Below, piece by piece: positions 28,774 through 42,906 of a stretch of 64,000 bases of DNA (the stretch's first letter is position 1; every line of letters starts with the position of its first letter). The DNA comes from Eledone cirrhosa (Eukaryota). Location: NCBI GenBank assembly GCA_964016885.1, contig OZ024758.1:7192001-7256000 (forward strand). Reading direction: 5' to 3'. A program made the translations under genes and the position numbers. The notes under the pieces were generated by a model. It was not told where the DNA came from. It worked only from the letters and a program-made list of their open reading frames with translations, and made no database searches.

Positions 28774-29764
28774 GGAGGGGGAGGGATTGATTGAGAGAGA
28801 GAGAGGGAGAGGGGGAGAGAGAGAGAGAACATTTAAAAAAAAAATTATCGCTGAATTATACGTTACTAATAAAACACTAAAGGAAGAATTGGTATTTACT
28901 TAACTGTTTGCAGAATTCTACACTATTTCTTTTCTATTAACATCGGCCTAAGATATAGAATAAGAGCCTCGTAGAGAATTGCCAAAGGGACAAACCATGA
29001 AAGTGGGTGTCAGTGAATGGTTGAAATCTTGCTCAACTAAGAGGTTTTCAACAACTCTTAGCTGTCAGACAAAAATGGTGTTAATTATATGAAGACACAA
29101 TGGATACAAGTCAAAATCCAAGATTTATTTCCAACATTAATGCTGTAACAATCAAATGAATTACTCAGTGTCTTTTAAAACTGTCTGCTTCCTTTATTGA
29201 CAATATTTCTTGGCTTGCAAAATCAATACGGACTCTCGAAGATCTTTACTTGAGCTTCTCTGGCGACAGCCCAAATATTATTCTTATTTTCAGATTTACA
29301 TAACTTTAGAATAGCATTCAAAGCAAAATTCTAATTATATATCTTTCGGCGCTAGAATGCTACATACTTCAAATCATTCATATTCTGCCAATCTTTGAAA
29401 CGGAGCTGTGGATGATTTTGCTATGAATGCTTTGCGTCAAATCTATATAATTAGTGTTTGCGTATTTACACACTCATACATACACACATACACACACACA
29501 CCAACACACATATGCACATACATGCGCACACTCGTACAAATACTCACACACATGCAGGTGTACGAACACACACACATACGTATACACGAAGAGGCATACA
29601 CATTCATTACGTCTCCTACGTATATATTATGTAGTCTTTGCCTCTTTATAGAATTTCGTTTCTACATAAATACAGGTGTATCCAAATTTTAAACATATGA
29701 ATACGTAAATTTGTATACATACAATAAGAACGTACACCCCCCCACACGCATATATATGTATGCG

Positions 29765-29806
<42 letters not shown>

Positions 29807-29829
29807 GATTTTAGTCTTCAAATTATTAT

Positions 29830-29951
<122 letters not shown>

Positions 29952-29986
29952 GTATATATATATATGTATGTATATATATATATGTA

Positions 29987-30046
<60 letters not shown>

Positions 30047-30061
30047 TATATATATATATAG

Positions 30062-30106
<45 letters not shown>

Positions 30107-30696
30107 TAAATATATATATATATAGATATATATAAATATATATATATATAGATATATATAAATATATATATATATAGATATATATAAATATATATATATA
30201 TAGATATATACATATATATATATATATAGATATATATATATATAGAGAGAGAGATAGATGCATACATATATATACATATATTATAAACATTTAAACTTAT
30301 ACAATGATATATTCATGTCTTGTACTATATATTTACAGGTAGTCTGTTATTATCAGTATCAGTAAGAATAGCCCCTACAATATATACCACAGCAAACAAG
30401 AACAAAACATCGGCTGCTAATAAACTACGGCCGTGTTGATTGTGACAACATTTTTGCCAAAACTTTTTCCTCTTACAAAAGCTATATGTCTATGTTAAAG
30501 ATATATAGCAATCTGTAAAAATAAGAAGAAATGCCGCCCATAGTCTGTTCACTGTAAATTCACATTTTAGTATGTATATGTAACTTATTGGTGTGTATCT
30601 GTATACTTGGATATAGTTGTATATGTATATGTACATTATATATATTTGGAAGTGTATATGTATATATATTTGTAAGTGTATATATATTTGTATATG

Positions 30697-30737
<41 letters not shown>

Positions 30738-30814
30738 ACTCCAGTCCTACAAACTGTAGAGTGCTTCTTATCCAATATCTGCATTGCTTTATTGTACTAC
30801 AATAAAACTCACCT

Positions 30815-30938
<124 letters not shown>

Positions 30939-30978
30939 CGAAACATAAGTCAATTGCATGAACTCATAATCCTTTATT

Positions 30979-31036
30979 TACTGCTATATATATTTCGATG
31001 ATAGCCATTGAATGGCTATGACCTCATCAGGCAGTA
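30979..31036 (-). ncRNA. Type I hammerhead ribozyme motif (second copy of the 16391 family)
   Basis: Reverse complement of 16391-16446 with a 6-bp stem I tactgc/gcagta. The island 30935-31099 is flanked by (TA)n. Confidence 0.85.
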
Positions 31037-31121
31037 TTAGTCAGTTCTTAGATATGCCAGCTCTGTGTTTATGGTGTTGATGGTATCAGAGCCTTGGGAT
31101 ATATATATATATATATATATA

Positions 31122-31266
31122 TTCCGGGTTCAATCGGGAGTAACCACAGTAAGTAAAGTACTCAATACATAGCAGAGTATAAATGTTTTAATATAGAAAA
31201 GCTTCTACAGGACTAGAATTGTTTCATTCGGGAGATATCTGATGATTTCTCACGAATGAAAAATCC
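31122..31266 (-). mobile_element. Penelope-like terminal fragment with head-to-head junction
   Basis: Minus GAAAcaattctaGTCctgt and a tattgagtac tail, joined to an inverted CTGATGA-tttctcacgaat-GAAA. Homologues at 36167-36200 and 42789-42906. Confidence 0.6.
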
Positions 31267-33080
31267 TTAATCATCTCGCTTTTCGTTTTAGACTATATTA
31301 TTCAAAAGGTTCTACTTTAAAGATTTTAAGGTAAGATTTCACGAAGGTATGGCTGTTATATTTTGGTATATCGTGTGATTCCATTAGAAACTTCCTCTAT
31401 TGTTAATTTTGTTTACGTATGTATTTCTGTTTGTGTGTACCGTAAATAATGACTTTAAAGGTTCCCCGACTTCTATTTTAAATTCGCCCAATTCATTCTG
31501 TTCTTTTGATGACTTCCTATATAACATATATTGATGCCACACCGTCTTTTCCTATTTCACATTGATACAACTCATGTTCCTTAAAAACTATGTTCTGTTT
31601 TGCCTATTTACAATCGAACCCGTATGCCTCTATACATTTTGCCGTGGGTGTCATCATTTTATTTTGTTTGTTTCGTCAACGTTACCTTACCTATGTAAAT
31701 GGTTAGGCTTCATTATGGAACATATATAAATTCTTCTCTTTGAAATCACTTTACATAAGATAGTTCTGAATAATGAAAGGAATTATCAAAGGAAGCATTT
31801 TAGAGAAATACATATATTCAAACAAGCTTGATATTCTATGTAAAATTTTATATTAAATTTAAATTATTTTATCTGATATTGTTTCTTTCTTCTCTTCTCT
31901 GCAAAAATCCGTTCTTATACTTTTTTTATAGACTCGGTCCTTTACTTTATTTTTCTCTTCCATGAAAGATTGTATTTACTCTCTTTCTTCCTTTTCAAGC
32001 ACATTCTATTATATATGTAATATTTTATAAAATTATATGGTTTTGTAAAGTTTCTCTCCGAAAGAATTTACATTTTAACTGACAAAATGTCAAAGAAATA
32101 TTGATTTTATAACTTCCTAATGAGCTGAGTAAAACGATGTAAATTGTAAATGTTTGTGTCGCTCAATTTGCTTTGATTCTCAGACAGTTTTAAGGAAGCG
32201 TTCATAACACCATTTTCAGGCAATCTCAACATCTAGCAACTAATTTATAGCAGGTTTTGTAAAAGTTTGTAAACTGATTTGCTGCAATTAATTTTTTTTA
32301 TTAGAAAACTTTCAATGTATTCTAAACTTCAAAATAAGAAATAGTGTGGATATATAAATAGTTTAATAGAAGGCCCTTTGATGAAACAGAGTAAGAAACT
32401 ATGAATAAACGATTTAGAGTGTTATTTATTACAAACTTGGCACTTTGATACAGAATCAAAATATTCTATTACATACTAACTCTTGACACATTGCAATATA
32501 AAGAAGATTTAAATTTTAGTCAGTAATGGAATCGAAAATTCTGATAGCTTCAAATATTTAAAGAATTTTAGCTATTTTGAATTAACCAAAACATTTTAGA
32601 GACTTGCAACTTGCACATTTTACTTTTTCATTGAAAAACTTCAGCAGATTTCGAAAAGTAATTATTTGTGTATAGAAATAATTCTGTATCATGTTTAAAG
32701 TTACATCATAGTTTTTCAGAAGTTTTCTACGTATTTGTATTGAACTCTCTCAAGAAAATCGTTTGTGATTTATTAACATTTGTAAGCATATATGTGTATG
32801 AACAGTTATTTTTTACATAATATGTCTACATACCTGTTTGTGGTTATCAACTATTTGTAGAACATCTTTTGTGTTGTTTTAGCATGTCGATGGTAAACAG
32901 CTATGTTTACATAATATAATAATTGATTCATAACTCATATTAACAATAGAATAGTCCACATACTATATTGAACCTAAAGTATATGAATGTGTGGAAATAT
33001 TGGTAATGCAGCAACGAAATATAACTGTTTACATCAGAATAACATATGTATGGAATCTCTGAGTGAAAAGCCAGTTTAGA

Positions 33081-33272
33081 ATAATTGTTTCTACTTTTGG
33101 CACAAGGCCAGAAATCACCCAGTGCGTGACTGGTACTTTATTTTATCGACCCCGTACGGATGAAAGGCAAAGTTAACCTCGGCAGGATTTGAACTCAGAT
33201 CATAAAGGGCCGTAACTCTATGCTGCACAACATGTCGTCCGACCCTCTACCGATACTGCCAAACCAACGCCC
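33081..33272 (-). mobile_element. SINE full copy (short variant)
   Basis: Consensus match. Confidence 0.9.
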
Positions 33273-33546
33273 TAGTCGCCGTTAATAATAACATAACAAA
33301 TAGAGACTTCATATTTTAAATGATAAATATTATCTATTTCTGATTATGAATTACAGCAAAACTGAATAAAAGTTAAAATTTTACAATTTCAATTTTAACT
33401 TTAATAATCTTACATTGATGTTCAAAATACTTGATATTTTCTATTGTAAAAAGAAAAAAAAAAAAGCGATATAAAGGAATTCACATATCATTGTTGAGTG
33501 TAATATGTGCCACCTGCATTTTCTCTAAATATTTCATTCCTTTTTT

Positions 33547-33958
33547 TGTTATGTCCTAAACGAATACATTGCAACAGTGTAATAACAATATAATCGAAAC
33601 AAACGGCAATAACCACACAACGGAACAACAATCTTTTAAGAACCAACAATCCAACACGCTGACTCGAACTGTGACTTGAACTCCAACTTTGACTATCAAC
33701 ACACGAACTGTGGAACTAGTACCGACTTTGACTATCAACACACGAACTGTGGAACTAGTACCAACTTCGATTATCAACACACGAACTGTGGAACTAGTAC
33801 TAACTTTGGCTATCAACACACAAACTGTGGAACTAGTTCCAACTTCGACACACGAACTGTGAAACTAGTACCAACTTTACCCACTTACTCAGGCCGCTAC
33901 TATTTATATGTAGTGGTCCAGCCAATTCTCGACAGGGGTGTCGTACTCTCGGACAACA
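33547..33958 (-). mobile_element. Probable solo LTR containing a 39-bp minisatellite
   Basis: TG...CA termini with an imperfect inverted repeat (TGTTATGTCC / GGACAACA), a TATA-like TATAAATA on minus near 33901-33908 and about 5 copies of the 39-mer. TSD is unclear. Confidence 0.6.
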
Positions 33959-34284
33959 ATTTTATAAACGAGAAATCATTCCAAAAATGACTGCATTTCC
34001 ATAGGATAGTATTGATGTGTACTGGATATGCTTGCGGTTAAAGGTTTGATGACAACAGATAAATCTTGGTTAACTGGCATGCACAAGTATTCAGTAAAGC
34101 TTAGTCAAGCACACTTGCTCAGCTCAACTAGAATAAGCCAGTCTACTGAAACTAACAGATTATAAATTTGAAATGTCAATACTCCATCAACTTGCCAGTT
34201 CTTATTTTCTTATTTTATTATATTTCCAAGTTATTTCACAAGTTTTAGTTTTATAATTTTAACACAACAAATTTATTATCCTGC

Positions 34285-34710
34285 AACACATCTTCGTGTA
34301 AATGTATAGTAACTTATACATCTTCGTGTAAATGTATAGTAACTTACACATCTTCGTGTAAATGTATAGTTGCTTACACATCTTCGTGTAAATGTATATT
34401 AACTTACACATCTTCGTGTAAATGTATAGTAACTTACACATCTTCGTGTAAATGTATAGTAACTTACACATCTTTGTGTAAAGATATAGTTACATACACA
34501 TCTCCGTGTAAATATATAGTTACTTACACATCTTTGTGTAAAGGTATAGTTACTTACACATCTTCGTGTAAAGGTATAGTTACATACACATCTTCGTGTA
34601 AATGTATAGTCACACACACAAATCCTTGTGTAAAGGTACAGTTACACACACATCCTTGTGTAAAGGTATTGTAACACACATCTGTGTATAAATATATAGT
34701 AACAACACAC
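34285..34710. repeat. 30-bp minisatellite, about 14 copies
   Basis: Unit acacatcttcgtgtaaatgtatagtaactt with a polar gradient of variants. Confidence 0.95.
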
Positions 34711-34785
34711 CGTGTTTCTTTAGAAATACGAAATTTCTATACATATCTATATACAGCTATGCCTGAAGCTAAATCCTGATTCCCC

Positions 34786-34819
<34 letters not shown>

Positions 34820-34830
34820 GGGTGTGAGTG

Positions 34831-34862
<32 letters not shown>

Positions 34863-35180
34863 TTGAAAGTGTATTATTATTTTCTGTTATTTCAAATCGA
34901 AACAAACTACAGAGTCTAACAAGAATCATATTAAATCCTTAAAAACTCAGTTAACTCCACATTTACTATAACATACATATATTTGTTACATGTTGAAAGC
35001 CATACAATATATGTATTATGTTACCTTCAATTTTTATAGAAGAAAAATATTATTGAAACTGAAAAATATCTCTCAATAAATATTAAAATATCTATAATTA
35101 CATTGTCAAGATTATATCTTATTTATTACTTAGAAATTCGATTTCTTGAAAATATTCTTTCCATGGTGAAATGAACTTAC

Positions 35181-35280
35181 CAGTATAGGAGTCCAATGAC
35201 AAGCATCTCTCTATATATCTGTTTATAACGTATACATAATTTCGCTGTATAATTTATTCTTAATGTGGCTTCCATATTCC
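35181..35280 (-). other. Candidate 100-bp exon
   Basis: Minus acceptor ttgccttgcAG, donor TG/GTAAGT and one open frame (NMEATLRINYTAKLCIRYKQIYREMLVIGLLY). No recognisable homology. Confidence 0.3.
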
Positions 35281-36194
35281 CTGCAAGGCAATATTTCAAA
35301 ATAGAAGTAGTTGCAGCAAGCTGGTACAGTTAATCCTTCTTAAACTAGATAGTGAATATTACGATTTAAAATAACATTAATTTTCTATCACCTTTTTTTT
35401 TTATTTGGAAAATAGCTGCTGGTTATTTCACATTGCTTAGTAATGCTAAAAACTAAATCAATTAATGAAGAACATTTTAAACTAGCTCTTCAGTTATGGC
35501 GTTCAAGACTGCTTTTTTATTATCAAAGTTGTAAAATCAAAACAAATTGTACGAGTATTGTTATTGTCTTTATTTAGCTCCGAGCTATCACCGCTTGAAA
35601 AGACCTTTCCTTGAGAGCATTCAAGCCATGACTATCTCCTCTTTTTACAGAAATGATTTATTTAGGATTTAAGATATTCAATTTGTACATTTAACAACGT
35701 TTTAAAGGACATGGTTTGAGGGAGATTTAGTCGTACGTTGTATGTTGTTTATCTAAGAGACTCATAACAGCAACCTTCTATTTACTCTCTTTTGCTATCA
35801 TCATCTTGGCACTTTTTCACAACTTTTTAAATCATTAGTTGTTTTTTTATCATCTGTCACCTCTATTTACTTCACTCCTATCTGTATACATTACACAAAG
35901 CCACAAGTACAGGAACGTGTATGAGTGAGCATGTGTATCTACTTCTGTTTGCTTGAGTGTATACATTCGTGTGAATGTTTCGTCACTATCACCCTTTCAT
36001 AATCACGTTAGTCGCCATTTGTTTTTTTTAGCTTTAGTTTACAAATGTGAATTTGTATGGAGGAGACAGTACACTATCCTTCCAAAAACTCACCTCTCTT
36101 TGTAGCGGTTTAACGTTTTATAATTGTATTTTGTCATTACTTTAACGCTTATCATCAACACGAGTGAATGAAACAGTTCTAGTCCCGTAGAAGC

Positions 36195-36520
<326 letters not shown>

Positions 36521-36559
36521 GTAATAAACGAAAGATATATACTTTATATCATCACTATT

Positions 36560-36640
36560 TATTTCATTATATATATTTCGGGGATGCAAAAATGTATGTG
36601 TAACATAAATCAGCAGAGTATGCCCTCATCAGATGAAATA
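36560..36640 (-). ncRNA. Type I hammerhead ribozyme motif
   Basis: Minus: tatttcat-CTGATGA-ggg...ccc-GAAA-tatata-TA-atgaaata with a perfect 8-bp stem I; AATAAA overlaps the 3' end. Confidence 0.85.
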
Positions 36641-36735
36641 CATATGAGATGTATAATTTTTCATGATATACCTACCAGCATCATCGTTCTTGATAGATAA
36701 GTGACAGGCAAGTATATATATATAAGTGTGTGTGT

Positions 36736-36805
<70 letters not shown>

Positions 36806-36939
36806 TATACACACATACACACACATACACACACACATATATATATGCGTGTGCGTATATATGTATGTGTGTGTGTAATATACATCCATATAAGAGCGCA
36901 GCGATGTAGACATACCTGAATTCAGAAACTAACAAATCT

Positions 36940-37900
36940 GAAGACAGCTATGAAACTTAGGTTATGATGAGAAATTTTAAAGTAAACTCAGACAATATGA
37001 AAGGTGAAAGTGGATTAGGTGAAACAATGGCAGAGGAGACCAGCTGATCTATTTCTGTCAGAGAGAAACAAAAAAAAAAAAAAAAAAAAAGCAATTTATT
37101 ATTCGCGAACATTCTATTCAAGCAGACACCAAGAAAATTATACAGATGAAAGAGTCCAGGTGATAGAGTAAAAGATCAGATATACTATGTACTGAAAAAA
37201 CAGTGAGATAGAAACTATGTGAAACTTTGATAAACTTACCCTGGAGCAAATATCGATTGTGATAATAAACCAGTTGTGGTTAAGAAAATAAAAATGGCTA
37301 AAAGACGAGAACAATTAAACTTGCAAGATACTAAGAAGAGAATTATGGTGTTGATATAGGAAACAAGGAATATTTACACTACAAAGAGAGAAATAATTGT
37401 TTCTTATATAGGCACAAGGCCAACAAATTTGGGGGAGGGAAAGTAGATCAAATCGACCCCCAGTGCGTGACTGGTATTTTATTTTATCGACCCCGTGAGG
37501 ATGAAAAGCAAAGTTAACCTTGGCGGGATTTGAACTTAAACCACAAAGGGGCGTAACTCTGTGATGCAAAGCATGGCGTCCGACCCTCTACCGATACTGC
37601 CAATCCACCACCTTTATATGATATTAAATAGAAATATGACAGAAAACAAATGCATGAGTAAACAGAGGAAACATTAAAGAGAAAAATGGAAACATGGTGT
37701 TTGATCAAGAAGAGATTGTATTTAGGTGGACTGAATATATAAAAAAACTATTTAATGGTGACAACAAACCACTTATAATCCATTTTAAAGTTGCTATGGA
37801 AGCAAAATCTTAAAAGAAGTAGAAAAGCAATAAAGTCAATGAAATATAGTAAAATGAAGTGGAGCAGCTGAAATACCAGCCAAAATAAGTATTAGATAAC
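36940..37900 (+). pseudogene. Degenerate RTE/BovB-like LINE remnant (APE endonuclease and linker), interrupted by a SINE
   Basis: FKQTPRKLYR*KSPGDRVKDQIYYVL, TYPGANIDCDNKPVVV and NGNMVFDQEEIVFRWTEYIKKLFN match RTE ORF motifs, with stops and frameshifts. Confidence 0.8.
37392..37612 (-). mobile_element. SINE full copy (long variant)
   Basis: Consensus match; sits inside the LINE remnant. Confidence 0.9.
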
Positions 37901-38142
37901 CACAAACTAGATATAATAACAGACAGTGTGATGATAGAGTTTTAACAATCAACAACTACACAATTAAACTATTCAACTGGGAAATTATAATAATAAATTG
38001 AAGTGAAATACATAAGGTGCGTGTGTTCTTTATTGGCAGATTGACCCTCCCAGGGTGTAACAATATTAGTTTCAACACACATTTTCTGATAATAAAAAAT
38101 CTTTCAAAACAAATACAAAATCGAAATATGTGTATATATGTG

Positions 38143-38231
<89 letters not shown>

Positions 38232-38234
<3 letters not shown>

Positions 38235-38389
38235 GTTTAACCCCGACGGCAGAGCTCAAGCCGTTTCGACGGCTATTTCTGGACGTTATATATATCTTTC
38301 AAGAAATCTTTCAAAATATCTTTTTGAAAGAGATATATAACGTCCAGAAATAGCCGTCGAAACGGCTTGAGCTCTGCCGTCGGGGTTAA

Positions 38390-38394
<5 letters not shown>
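38232..38394. mobile_element. Palindromic element with extended AT-rich centre
   Basis: Perfect arms of about 60 bp (aaagtttaaccccgacggcagagctcaagccgtttcgacggctatttctggacgttatata) between (CA)n and (TA)n. Confidence 0.9.
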
Positions 38395-38447
<53 letters not shown>

Positions 38448-38490
38448 CGATATATTAACAAATGGAAACTATATTTATAAAACCATATTT

Positions 38491-38553
38491 ATTTCATTAT
38501 ACATATTTCAAGGACACCAAGTTAAATTATGGTGTGCTTTCATTAGATAAAAT
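38491..38553 (-). ncRNA. Degenerate hammerhead motif (core CTAATGA)
   Basis: Minus: attttat-CTAATGA-aagc-acacca..tggtgt-cctt-GAAA-tatgta-TA-atgaaat. Flanks are homologous to the 59009 element. Confidence 0.6.
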
Positions 38554-38645
38554 ATAATATAGATCAGTTTTATAAATAAATATTGACATACCCTTAAAGA
38601 ATGCGACCATTTCTGTTGGAAGTTCCCGGATAGTCATATATATAT

Positions 38646-38702
<57 letters not shown>

Positions 38703-38718
38703 TGTGTGTGTGTGTGTA

Positions 38719-39344
38719 CTAGCAGAAGAACCCGGCGTTGTCCGGGTTAACAATAATAATGAAATTTCATTAAAAAATGTTCTTAATACTTATTGTGATT
38801 AGTGATTCTAACTTTACTGGCATAACAAATTAACAACACTAATATACTTGAAATAGAAAACGCATAAAAGCAAATTATGATAAAACTTCTTTATATACGA
38901 CATTAGGAGGTTTTCACTGTGGAGTATAAACGAAAAGATTTTTTGAACTTCCAACACGTGAGCATACAACATACAATTGTCCACGAGAGAAACAAGTCTC
39001 CTCTAATTGTAAACCAGTTACTGATAATGTCTGTCGCTGTCATTGTACTGCTGCTCTGCCGCCATGTTGTGGCACTGCGGCCATACTGTGGCCCTGCTTT
39101 TGAGGGATTTAATCAATCATATCGCTCCATCGAAATACTTATTTTTTCAAGTCTGGTGCTTATTTCATCGTTCTCGATTTCAGCGAACAACGCAATCACT
39201 GAAACTTCGAGGTCACTGACATATTTTTCTTTAGAAAATAAATCTTTCACTCTACTATATGTATTGAGCGCTTATTCAGTTAATGTCTCAACGTTTTTTC
39301 TTTTTTGAGCAGTATTACTTCAAACGTCCACTTCAATATATAGA
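38719..39344 (-). mobile_element. Non-autonomous Helitron
   Basis: Minus 3' end aacccgg-acaacg-ccgggtt-cttctg-CTAG|T (GC hairpin plus CTAG). Candidate 5' end A|TCtatatatt at 39344 is less certain. Confidence 0.65.
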
Positions 39345-39655
39345 TAGCTACAGAGCGAGAAAGAGAGAGAGATAGAGAGGGAGATACAGAGAGATAGCGT
39401 GTGTGTGTGTGTGTGTGTGTGAAAGAGAGAGAGAGAGAGTAGAATGTGACACATATATATACTGTATATATCTATATATATATATAGAGATAGATAGATA
39501 AATATACACGGGTGTGTATGATTGTGTATAGAAGATTATATTAATAAAGGAATTGCAACTTTGTCTGATTTACTCGTTTTATTTACAATCCTTTAAAATT
39601 TATAATGGTATTAGAATGAAATAGTATGGTAGAATATTAAATGTTAAGTGTTAAT

Positions 39656-39694
39656 TGGGCAAGTACTTTCATGCTTTCGCAATCTTCAGGTTCA
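39656..39694 (-). ncRNA. Minimal hammerhead motif (second copy of the 13863 family)
   Basis: CTGAAGA-t-tgc-gaaa-gca-t-GAAA-gtac-TT; stem II intact, stem I mutated. Confidence 0.55.
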
Positions 39695-39733
39695 TATTCT
39701 GTGGTGACAGTCAAGTTTGCAATTTTCAACTGT

Positions 39734-39799
<66 letters not shown>

Positions 39800-39804
39800 A
39801 TGTG

Positions 39805-39845
<41 letters not shown>

Positions 39846-39882
39846 AAGAGTGAGAGAGAGTAGAAAGTGACATATATATATA

Positions 39883-39955
<73 letters not shown>

Positions 39956-39966
39956 CAGGCAGATAG

Positions 39967-40033
<67 letters not shown>

Positions 40034-40980
40034 AAAAGAGAAAGAGAGAGAGAGTGTAGAATAAGCTATATAATTATATGTGTAAGTAATGTTTCTGAAA
40101 ACAATAAAAGAATTTGGGTGTTTCTCTGTCAAAACGATAAAAAATAAGTAAAGGACTAACAAGTATGGAACGCTGCTTTAGTCTTTTCTTTTTTAAACAA
40201 AAAATACGTTTTAAGGATTAGATCTCTCATACTTTCACACCCTCTCTTCCACTACTTCTATTGCTATTTCACTCCTCCCACCACTCTCTCTCTCTTTAGA
40301 AAACTATTTTGAAGGTGATTTGTCCGTCTAAACAGAAGTAGAATCTGGTAAATATGATGTAGCTTTGTAATAATGAAGATTAAGAAAAGAAAAAATACCC
40401 CTCAACCTACAACACATTTCTCTTTTGAAGAAAAACAATTAACATAACTTGTAAAGCAAATAAAATGTAAATAAGGAAACGGAGGGAGGTAAAAAAATAA
40501 GAATTCAGGAGAAAAATATAGAATGAAAGGTAGAAAATAATAAATGAAAGGAGGAATAGAAACAAAAAAATAAACAACTTCTAAATATGAGATATAAAAA
40601 TAGAAATGGAATAGAAATAAACAGAATAAAAAGTAACGAAAATAACAATACTGAGGAATACTGTAAAAATAGATATAAATGAAGGCAAAACATGTGAATA
40701 AATATGGAGCTGATACAAGAACGACAAAAATATGAAGTCTATAGACTGGACACAATGCTGATCTAACAGTTCTTAACAAACTAAACGTGGTAAGAATTAT
40801 TTTTCGAAATAACGTCACGACAAACAATTGCATAGTATCAATGATGTTTGGATAATGGACAACTATTTGTATAAATATTTCAGTGGGTTGCAGGATGTAT
40901 TTTCATCGTAATGGTAGCCGTAGGGATACTTTAAATTATATCGTTGTAAATAATAGCGAGGGAACAATTGGATGAAGTAT

Positions 40981-41378
40981 AATAATTGTTTCTACTATTG
41001 GCACAAGGCCAGCAATTATCCCAGTGCATTACTGGTACTTCATTTTATCGACCCTCGTAAGGATGAAATGCAAAGTTAACCTCGGCGGGATTTGAACTCA
41101 GAATGGCAAGGGCCGTAACTCTATGCGTCAAAGCATGGCGTCCGACCCTCTACCGATACTGATGGTTTCTAATATAGGCACAAGACCAGCAATTTTGGGG
41201 GAGGGGAAAGTAGATTAAATCGACCCCAGTGCATGACTGGTACTTTATTTTATCGACCCCGAAATGATGAAAGGCAAAGTTAACCTCGGCGGGATTTGAA
41301 CTGAGATCATAAAGGGCCGTAACACTATGCTGCAAAGCATGGTGTCCGACCCTCTACCGATACTGCCAATCTACCGCC
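40981..41378 (-). mobile_element. SINE dimer flanked by a 122-bp direct repeat
   Basis: Short-variant and long-variant copies in tandem. The flanks 40858-40979 and 41383-41504 are near-identical. Confidence 0.9.
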
Positions 41379-41633
41379 ACTTGACAACTATTTGTATAAA
41401 TATTTCAGTGGGTTGCAGGAAGTAATTCCATCGTAATGGCAGCCGTACGGATACTTTAAATGATATCGTTGTAAATAATAGCGAGGGAACAATTGGATGG
41501 AGTACAGTATAAGGTTTCTTTTATTTGCCACAAGGGTGAAGGAAAAGGGGACATAACAACACACATTACAAACATGGTGGGGGATTGCCGTTGTAGAAGA
41601 AGAAGAAGGACGACGACAACGACAACGACAACG

Positions 41634-41672
<39 letters not shown>

Positions 41673-42706
41673 GCAGCCGCCGCCGCCGCCGTATTCAATT
41701 TTTAACCTTTCAGAACTGTTTTCCATAGTTCCAGTCATTATTTATTGTTAAATGTTATTGCTGTAAAACTAAATTACTCATTGAATTGATGGTCTGATTG
41801 TAGGAAATCTACTATTACTAACTTATCATTTCATTATAATTCTGTTTTATGTAGTCGTTGTTGATTTTTATTTTAATTTCGATCTTATATCAAAGTTTAT
41901 ACCGAGAAGAAAAAAACCGCCATATTATGTGTTCTGCTTTACTACTTCAAACGTAAACAATCTAACCTATTATTATGGTTATCTTCTCTTTTTTTCCCCC
42001 CTCAAAGAGAATAATCATTCCTTAAATGATTTCCTCAGAAATATTGGTCGCTAATTGGGTTCATTGACAGCTTGGTCAGTTGACCAAAACACAAATAATT
42101 ATATAGATTTTCAAGTAGTACAATGAACTCAGATTAGTTGTAGAGAGAGTGGAGAAATATCACATATGAATTGCCTGTAATTTAAAATAAAAATATTGTT
42201 TTTCTAGCATAGGACAATACTCGATAAATATTCCCTTTCTAGTAGCTCAGCCTGACCTGTTGTCAAAGAAAACTGTTGTTGATTGTCTGCGAACTGAAGC
42301 AGTTCAAGGTTTTACTGGCTGTTTGCCCGCTTGAATATCTGATGGGATGACAGCTTGATAGGATTTGCATGGCTTTGGAAAGAAACATGGCTACGATGTT
42401 GTCACATTCTTGTAATTAAAGAAAAGTTCAGCCATCAGCTTCAATTGTGCTTTCAACAACTAATAAGAGCCATAACGAATGGAAAAACTGAGTCATTCGG
42501 TCTAATCAAATAGATTGAAAATTTTTAAAAATCAATAACACCATTTCCTATGCAAACTATAAATTTCCTAACCTATCCATCTTTCAAGAAATCTAAATAT
42601 TTTATTACGCAAGAATAGAATAGGGCAAAAACCGCGATTGGGATTTTATGGGAAAAAAATGACATTTTCTTTTACATATTTATTCCGTGTGTGTATCATT
42701 TGTTTC

Positions 42707-42760
<54 letters not shown>

Positions 42761-42788
42761 AATATATATATATATTTATATATATATA

Positions 42789-42906
42789 TTCCGGGTTGAA
42801 TCGGAGGTAACCACAGTAAGTAAGGTACTCAATATATAGCAGAGTATAGCAATTTTAGATGAGATTCAACAGGACTAGAACTGTTTCATTCTTTAGAAAT
42901 CATCAG
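42789..42906 (-). mobile_element. Penelope-like terminal fragment with hammerhead core
   Basis: Minus CTGATGA-tttctaaagaat-GAAA-cagttcta-GTC-ctgt and tail tatactctgctatatattgagtac ending in (TA)n. The 5' strand of stem I is truncated. Confidence 0.6.

Noticed and set aside
41596-41692. Poly-Cys/Thr/Ala/Val ORFs
   Set aside because: Compound trinucleotide microsatellite with no splice or homology support.
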